DNA of 64,000 nucleotides. Source: the human T2T-CHM13v2.0 reference genome, Homo sapiens. The translations under genes were made by a program, and so were the position numbers. The DNA lies in assembly GCF_009914755.1 (NCBI RefSeq), contig NC_060948.1; one strand, written 5' to 3'. The notes under the pieces were generated by a model. The model was not told the DNA's origin and ran no database searches. It saw nothing but the letters and a program-made list of their open reading frames with translations. Position 1 is the first letter of the stretch. Each line of letters starts with the position of its first letter. Below are positions 54,726 through 64,000 of this stretch, piece after piece.

Positions 54726-54884
54726 TTAGGTTCTGTTGAAAGGAGAACACATTCTTACTGAACTTTATAAATGCCTCAATTGCCATATAAATTTTTATAG
54801 AATCTTAAATGTCCATTGAACCTAACACAGCTTAACTAGTAAATTAGTAAATCCAAGAAGGATACAAATGACAAACGTATTCTC

Positions 54885-55197
<313 letters not shown>

Positions 55198-56379
55198 CAA
55201 ATGCCTGGCCAACAAATGTCTTTTTATACTTAATAATAACAGCAATTTGTAATATGTAGCTGTTTGTGTTAAACAATTTTAAAGTAATCCTAGTTACCAA
55301 ATATTTGCATGAGTCGCAAACTTGAATACATATTTCTAGGATTATTAAGAGTATGTCATTCACAATAGTATTCATTTATCTCTAAGCCAGTTTGAATAGC
55401 ACCCCTTTAAATGATATTAAAAATTAACTTGGTAATAATATCCAGAGGTAGAAATATATCACACACACACAGCATATATGCATAAAAATAGATAGACGCC
55501 AACAGATTTTATAGCTCTCCTAAAACTTAGTCATGAATCAGACAATAGAGTAATATAAAACTCGCTTGTTTATATCCATTTTATATTTTGTCTAAATTGT
55601 TCTTCTGGGAAATGAGACAAGGTTGCCTATTCAATAGGAGGACTAATACCTTTTGTCTGTATTGTTGAAGAAGACTTTTATGATATTATTTTGCCCCAAT
55701 ATTTACTCTATGGAGCCAGAGGGCTACATTTTAGGCATAGAATACATATAGTTGCAGTCTGGATGTCTCCAAAGGCTGGGTAGATAAAATACTCAATCCC
55801 TTCTAATTAGCATTTTTCATTTCAACTTCAGGCCAGTAATTTTTTGGAGGGTGGAGAAGATACTTGAGTCTCTCAAGAGCTTCTGATTTAGTGGGCCTAA
55901 ATTTCTGTTGACTATATGTAGAGAGTTGAAGGTTGAAATAGGAAGGAAAAGGCTTGTTTAGGGGTAGATAGAAGAATAGTTGATGAGAGGTTTGAAAGAG
56001 GGTATGTCAGTTGATTCAAGGAAGGTAAAGGGAAGATTGAAGGTGGTGAGAGGAGAAACAAGAAACATGAGAAATAAGAAGGAAGACTTCAAAGAGGCAC
56101 TAGTGTAGGGAGATGTTAAGTTTCTCAAACATCATTGAAGTTCTAAGTTATCCTTAAAAAATGCATGCCAAGAAGGATATAGAGTAAGCAAAGCCTAAAG
56201 TCCACAAGAGTTCAAGAAGGTGGGTTTTAGTTGGCTATGAGACTTCCATGGGAAAGGCAAGAATCCAAATAAAGAACAGAGAGGGGTCAAAGAGTTTCAG
56301 TGCAGATTAGAGATAGAGACAGTGAGACAGAAAGATAGATAGAGATAGAGAAAGATAGAGATGGATAAACATAGAGATA

Positions 56380-58660
56380 AACTTCATGACAGGCCAGAAA
56401 GATGGGGAAATTCCCATTAAGGAAAAAAGTCTCCAACGTAGGGAATCAAGAAATAGTCTGCACTCAGAAAAGAGAGTAAAGGAAAGCCAGCCAATGGAGT
56501 CAAGGAAAACCCCACTCAGAAAGTAGCAAGGAAAAAAGATGTTTAGCATAATCAGGGAAAAAAAATCTTACTTAGGAATAGACACCCAAGAGGACAACTC
56601 TAGCCGAAAATGTCAGAGAATGGGCCCCTATTGGGAAGAAAAAGGGTATACAACAAAAAGCATAAAGGAATAATCCCAAACATGAAGTAAAGCCAACAAA
56701 AAAAGAGTTCCAGACTTGGAAATCAGGAAACAATTTCCAGTCAGATTAGAGAACAAGGCAAGAGAGACTTGCAACCCCAGGGAGTCAGGGAATAATCATA
56801 AGAAAAATGATAACCTGGGAAAAGAAAATGTCACCCTAGGAGACAGGGAATAATACCCAATAAAGGAAAAGAGCCAGGAAGATGAAATTTCCAACTAAGG
56901 TATCAGGAAATATTACTCAGAAAATTGGAATAATCTGTAATAAGGGAAAAAAAGTTAAGAAAAAACAAAACAAGAAAATGTTCATCTCCTGGAGTCAGAC
57001 AGTAATCCCTACTAAGGGAAAAACCAGGAGAAAAATACTTTCTGCACGCTAGGAATAAATGTCACTCAGGAAAGATAGCCCATAAGAAGGAACTTCTACC
57101 TAAGAAAGTTAGAATAATCATTATTAATTTTTTAAAGAGAGAAAAGGAAGGATTTAAAATGAAATCAGGGTATAATCCCCATCAGGAAATAGAGTCAGAA
57201 AGAAGAATTTTGTGCCCAAATGTGAGAGAAAAATTTCAAATCAGGAAAAAGAGTGAGGGATGACAAACTTCTGTCCCCACGGAGCCAGGAAATAATCTTC
57301 AATCATGAAAAGAAATAGAGAAACAGTCTTTCACCACAGAGCTCATTTAATATTTACCTCAGAGAAAAGAATGAAGGAAAAAAAAAAGAAGTTCAGTCCA
57401 AGGATTCAGAGAATAATACTAATTTAGGACAGGGAACCAAGAAGAGACTGTGAGCTCAGAATCACATGAGAATTATTCTCACTTAGGAGAGAGAGACAAT
57501 CTAGTAGTCAGAAAAAATGTTACCCATTAACAAAGAGAAGAGAAAGAAGAGATATCTATCCAGAGAGTCAGAAAAGAGAGCTAATAAGTGACTTACAGCT
57601 CAGGTGCCAGGGAATAAATTCCATTTCATAAGAGAGCCAGGAGAAAGGTCTTTCAAAGCATGAGGTGAGAGAATAATTTTTACTCAAGGAAGAGGTCTGG
57701 AAAGACATGATGTCCAATGAGGATAATAATTTATCTTATGAAACAGAGCCCAGAAAAACAGGTTTTTACTCCAGGAGTCAGGAAATTTCTACACAGGAAA
57801 TAGAGCCAGGATTTTTTTTTTTTCCTGCTCAGCAAAGAAGGCCAGAAATTTCCAAACAGGAGCCCAGGGAAAAGTCTTCAGTCAGAAAAACAATCAAAAA
57901 CAATAATTTTCTACTCCAGGAGGCATGGAACACCTCCCATTGAAGTAAAATAGCCAGAAAAAAAGAGTACTATCCCAGAAATCAGGAAATAATTTCTATT
58001 CAGATAAGACATCCACTAAGGAGATACTTCTATACCATAAAGCCTGGGATTAATCACCAATAAAACAACATGAAAAGATATGACATTTAGCAAAGAGAGA
58101 ATAATCTCTACTAGGCTAGGACAGAAAAGGTAGAGAGACTTTCACTCAATGAGTCAGGGAATAATTCCTACCAAAAGGCGACAGCAAAAAAAAAAAAAAA
58201 AAAAAAAAGACACTTTAAGCTCAGAGAGTTAGGGAATAGTCCCTATTGGGAAAACAAAGCAAAAGAAAAAAACATTTTATCCTATGAAGTTAGAAAATAA
58301 TTCCCTACTCAGGGATATCAGAAAGTCAGGACTTCCTGACTTAAGCCCAGTCAGCCAGAAAATAATTTCTCCTAGCAGAAGAGTCAGGAAGAATAGATAT
58401 CCAACCTACATGCAAGGAAATGGGTTTTCTATAAAGAAAGACAACCATGAAGAAGAGAGTTTCAGATGAGGAGTAAAGGTCTAATGTTCACTAAAAAAAA
58501 AAAAAAAAAAAGTGACTTAAATAGAGCTGACTCTCACACCAGGCTTGGAAGAAACATTTTGCCCTGAAGAATGTATTCCTCTCTCAAAAAAAGAGTATCA
58601 GGTTGAAGAGAATTACAGCCCAGGGGAGTTGTAACCAAGGTTGTAATCCCTACTCAAAAC
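56380..58660 (+). repeat. Degenerate purine-rich tandem array, unit ~58-60 bp
   Basis: Motif GAGTCAGGGAATAATC recurs, e.g. 56782, 56842, 56900, 57163, 57222, 57282, 57402, 57604, 57664, 57979, 58151, 58226, 58287. Confidence 0.75.
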
Positions 58661-60169
58661 AAATAAACAAACAATCAAAGAATAAACTTTGTGGAGCCTA
58701 ATGGGAAGGACATCAATCTCTGTGCCTTCTTCCCTGGCTTCCTTCAGTGATTAGGGAAAGCATTTTTTCTCTCCCTGGAAAGATGTTTGAAGTCTTCAGG
58801 AGCTAGAAGAAAGGTCTCAGCACCCCTAGTCTCTTCTTCTCTAGCTTGCTTTAGTAATATATCTCTGAAATCTCTCCCTGGAAAGAGGCTAGAACAAATA
58901 CTACCAAAAGCCTAAATGAGAAGAACGACAGTCACTGTGCCTTTTTTCACTTCTTTCAGTGATTTCTGCAATTATTCTCTCAAAGTAGGCTGGAGACAGA
59001 CCCCTGTGAGCTAAGTAGAGACAACACTCCCCAAGACATTTTCTCTGACTTGCTCTAGCAAAATTCCCTGCAGTCTCTGTCTGGAAGGAGACAGAGAGTC
59101 AGAATACTTACAAGCCTAAATGAGAAGAAAAACACTTCCCACATTTTCTTCCCTGGCTTGTTCTAATAGCAAATTTCTGCCACCACTCACTAGAGAAAAT
59201 CAGGGAGTTAGATCTCTGAAATCCTGAATGGAAGAGAGAGCACTCCCCTTCTATCACCAGACATAGTATGCTTGCTTCACAGGCTTGTTCTAGCAACAAA
59301 TCCCACCTGCTATTCTCCCTGGACAGATTGTTTGGTAAAGTATAAATGTGACGGTGAACACTCCTAGGCCTTCTTGCTTTCTTCTCTGCCTTGCCACAGC
59401 AAGAAATCTGACTTGCAGATTCTTCCTGCAAGAAAGTTGTGTGACTTTGGCAATGCAGAATGAGAAAGCAGCCACTCTGCACTACCTTCTCCCTGGTGAT
59501 AAATCAAGGTCTGTAGACCCTCCCTGGAAGGAGCTTCTGCATATATCATGTGTCACAAATTTTACAGCTTGTACCTAAGGGACTTGTCTTAAATTATCTA
59601 CTTCTGGAAGTGAATGGGACTCTCTATTTTGAGTCTCCTATATCACAGAGAACAAGATTGTCAAAATTGTAAATGTTCAATGACTATCTGTCCAGATTCA
59701 GAGTAAGCATAATGAATGACTGTACAGATGTCAGTAATGGGCACTATTCTTGGCATAGGGCAGAACTAGTTGGACATAAACTCTGAATCTACGCTTCTCC
59801 ACAAATAATATACATCTAATAGCAAAACCTTTTACCTGCATATCATGAGGCTGGCTACTATCTTGCCTATGCCAAAGGAATATTATGATTTTACACACCC
59901 TACAATCCAGGGGGCCATAAGAAGAAAGACAGTGAGTTGGACAATCACAGAATTGAGAAGCACCTGGAAACTCTGTTGCACTGTTAAGGAAATGAAATTT
60001 TCTATATAGGATGAGTTAAGGAAAACAGAATGATGGTTGTCTTCACTGACTTGCAGAAACCAACTCATAGTCAAGAAAAATGGGGCTGATGGTAGTGGGT
60101 ACAGGAAGGCAGATGGCCAGGGGGTGCAGTGGAGAGGAAAATACATTCCAAGGTAGAGAACGAAAGAAA

Positions 60170-62150
<1,981 letters not shown>

Positions 62151-62836
62151 AGTGCTTTTCTTTAAACTTCAGATAATTTTCTCACATGGATATGCAGATT
62201 AACAGGCAGTGGAAGGCCCGCGTGAACTCTTTTGCCTCTCTGGGGTTTCCTTTTTGTGTAAGTCCTCTTTTATTTTCTGGCATTTTGCTCTACAAATTCT
62301 AGCTTTATTGGTATGGTTGAACTCTGATTTTAGTCTTCTCAAACTAACAACACCCCCTAAGTTATGGACTGGCGATAAGCAGGGTTCATTCTTACACTGT
62401 CTTTATTCATCTTTTCTGAGAAATTTTTGTTTGGTGCTGCCTGTAATTGAACGTAGAAAAATCTTTTGTTCATATTTCTGTCTAGTTTTATACTTATTTA
62501 ACCTGGGAGGGTAAATATGGTCTCCATTGCCCCATGGTGGTTAGTGGCATAATGGGCCATGGAAGGCTTTCAGAAGTCGTTTTTGAAGACACAACACAAA
62601 TTCTGTTTGCATAATGAACTTAGATAAAATATAGGCAAGAAAATAATGTTAGCAGAAAGAAGGCCCTACAGAAATCTTTTTAGCAAGTTGTGCAAATATA
62701 ATTCAAATTTAGTTGAAACATTTGTATAAGCTTGTCTATATAAGACTTTCTGTGTCAAAGGAATACATACAGATAAAAATTTCAGAAAAAACATAGAAAC
62801 TGGCTTATTATATTTTCAAAAATAATCCACATTTAT

Positions 62837-63119
62837 TTTATTGTATTTTACTTTTTTGAAACAGAGTCCAGTTCTCTGGCCCACGCTGGAGTGCAATGGT
62901 GCGATCTTGGCTCTCTGCAAGCTCTGCCTCCTGGAGGCGATTCTCCTGCCTCCTGGGTACCTGGGACTACATGCGTATGCCACCAGACGTGGCAATTTTT
63001 TTTTGTATTTTTAGTAAAGATCAGCTTATGTCATGTTGGCCACACTGGTCTCATTTGAGGTACACCTGCCTCAGCCTCCTAAAGTGCTGGGATTAGAGGC
63101 ATGAGCCACCTTGCCTGGC
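62837..63119 (-). mobile_element. Alu (AluS-type), degenerate
   Basis: Alu consensus; flanking repeat AATCCACATTT at ~62824 and ~63140. Confidence 0.88.
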
Positions 63120-64000
63120 AAAAAAAAAAAAAAGAAAAAAATCCACATTTTAAAATAAAATAGAATACAACTTATTGTGGACATTACCATTTTTATATCA
63201 GTCACTTGAAAAATGGCACTTCTCTCAAATGAGTAATGTATATAGGAATCAATTTTGTAAAATCAGAAAATGTGCTTTATTTCTGGGGATTCTAGGCATA
63301 TTAGATACTTTTGCCAGTTACATTTAGTATGTAGGACAAACCTATAGTCTGATAAAATTGTATTGACTTGGTAGAGTAAGACAGACCATGCCTGAGGGAC
63401 AACTAAAGTAATAAAACTAGGCACTGTAGGATTTATGGGAAATGTGGTGAGTAGATATTTAGACAGAGCAGAGTTTCAATAGGTTCAAGGTGCAGTACGC
63501 CTGTGTATGAAATGCGAAAACATCATGTTTAGACTGTGAGAGAACTCAGTGTCTTTATTCCTTGTAGATCACAAGTTGACATTTGTGTGGAATTTTGAGT
63601 GCAAATTCTTGTTATTTGAAGCTATGTACCTAGAATGGAAATCTTTTTTTCTTCTGTAGAAAGTGACATACATCAGCCAGGCAAGAGTACTAAGTTTTAT
63701 TTTTACTGACAATATTTCAAACTGCAAATACTCTGTTTATAATTTCAGAACATAAAGTTTCTCAGTGAGTAAGAAAGCAGAAGTCATTCAGATATGATAA
63801 TTTTTATGACCCTTTATAGCTGTACCCAGACTTTGGCAGAAATATTGATTTCCCTTAAGTCGGGAGGTGGCTTTTCAGTTCTCCTCTCAGCATGATGGAT
63901 TGAGATGGTGGATTTTATCCTTCTCAGCTTTGTTTTATTTTCTAACCTGTTAGAATTTACTTATCTCAGCATTATTGTGATTTCCAGTAACAAAGCTGAA

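Noticed and set aside
56380-58660. CRISPR-like repeat-spacer array
   Set aside because: Units are degenerate along their whole length, there are no identical repeats with unique spacers, no cas genes, and the context is primate DNA

Overview
Eukaryotic, repeat-dense primate DNA, most likely from the Y chromosome (inferred from gene and repeat content). The only cellular gene is an intron-containing, non-functional RBMY-family pseudogene on the + strand. Its coding exons run from 33131 to 50204: an RRM plus a single 111-bp SRGY exon, so RBMY2-like, with a frameshift, several stops, damaged splice sites and an AluY inserted inside a coding exon. Inserted in or just upstream of it are an internally deleted HERV-K14C-type provirus, a solo LTR12C and a full-length L1PA2/3-type LINE-1, all antisense. 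The rest is degenerate beta satellite, a second older full-length L1PA, a 5'-truncated L1PA, old L1M, ERV1, ERVL and MaLR remnants, MER1B and MER2 DNA transposons, many Alus and a ~59-bp purine-rich degenerate tandem array. I found no intact protein-coding gene and no evidence of a wholly new biological system. The oddest items are a 50-bp TG...CA mini-LTR, an in-frame gag-protease deletion junction, and TE promoters placed to transcribe the pseudogene. Repeat subfamily names come from recalled consensus sequences, not a database search.
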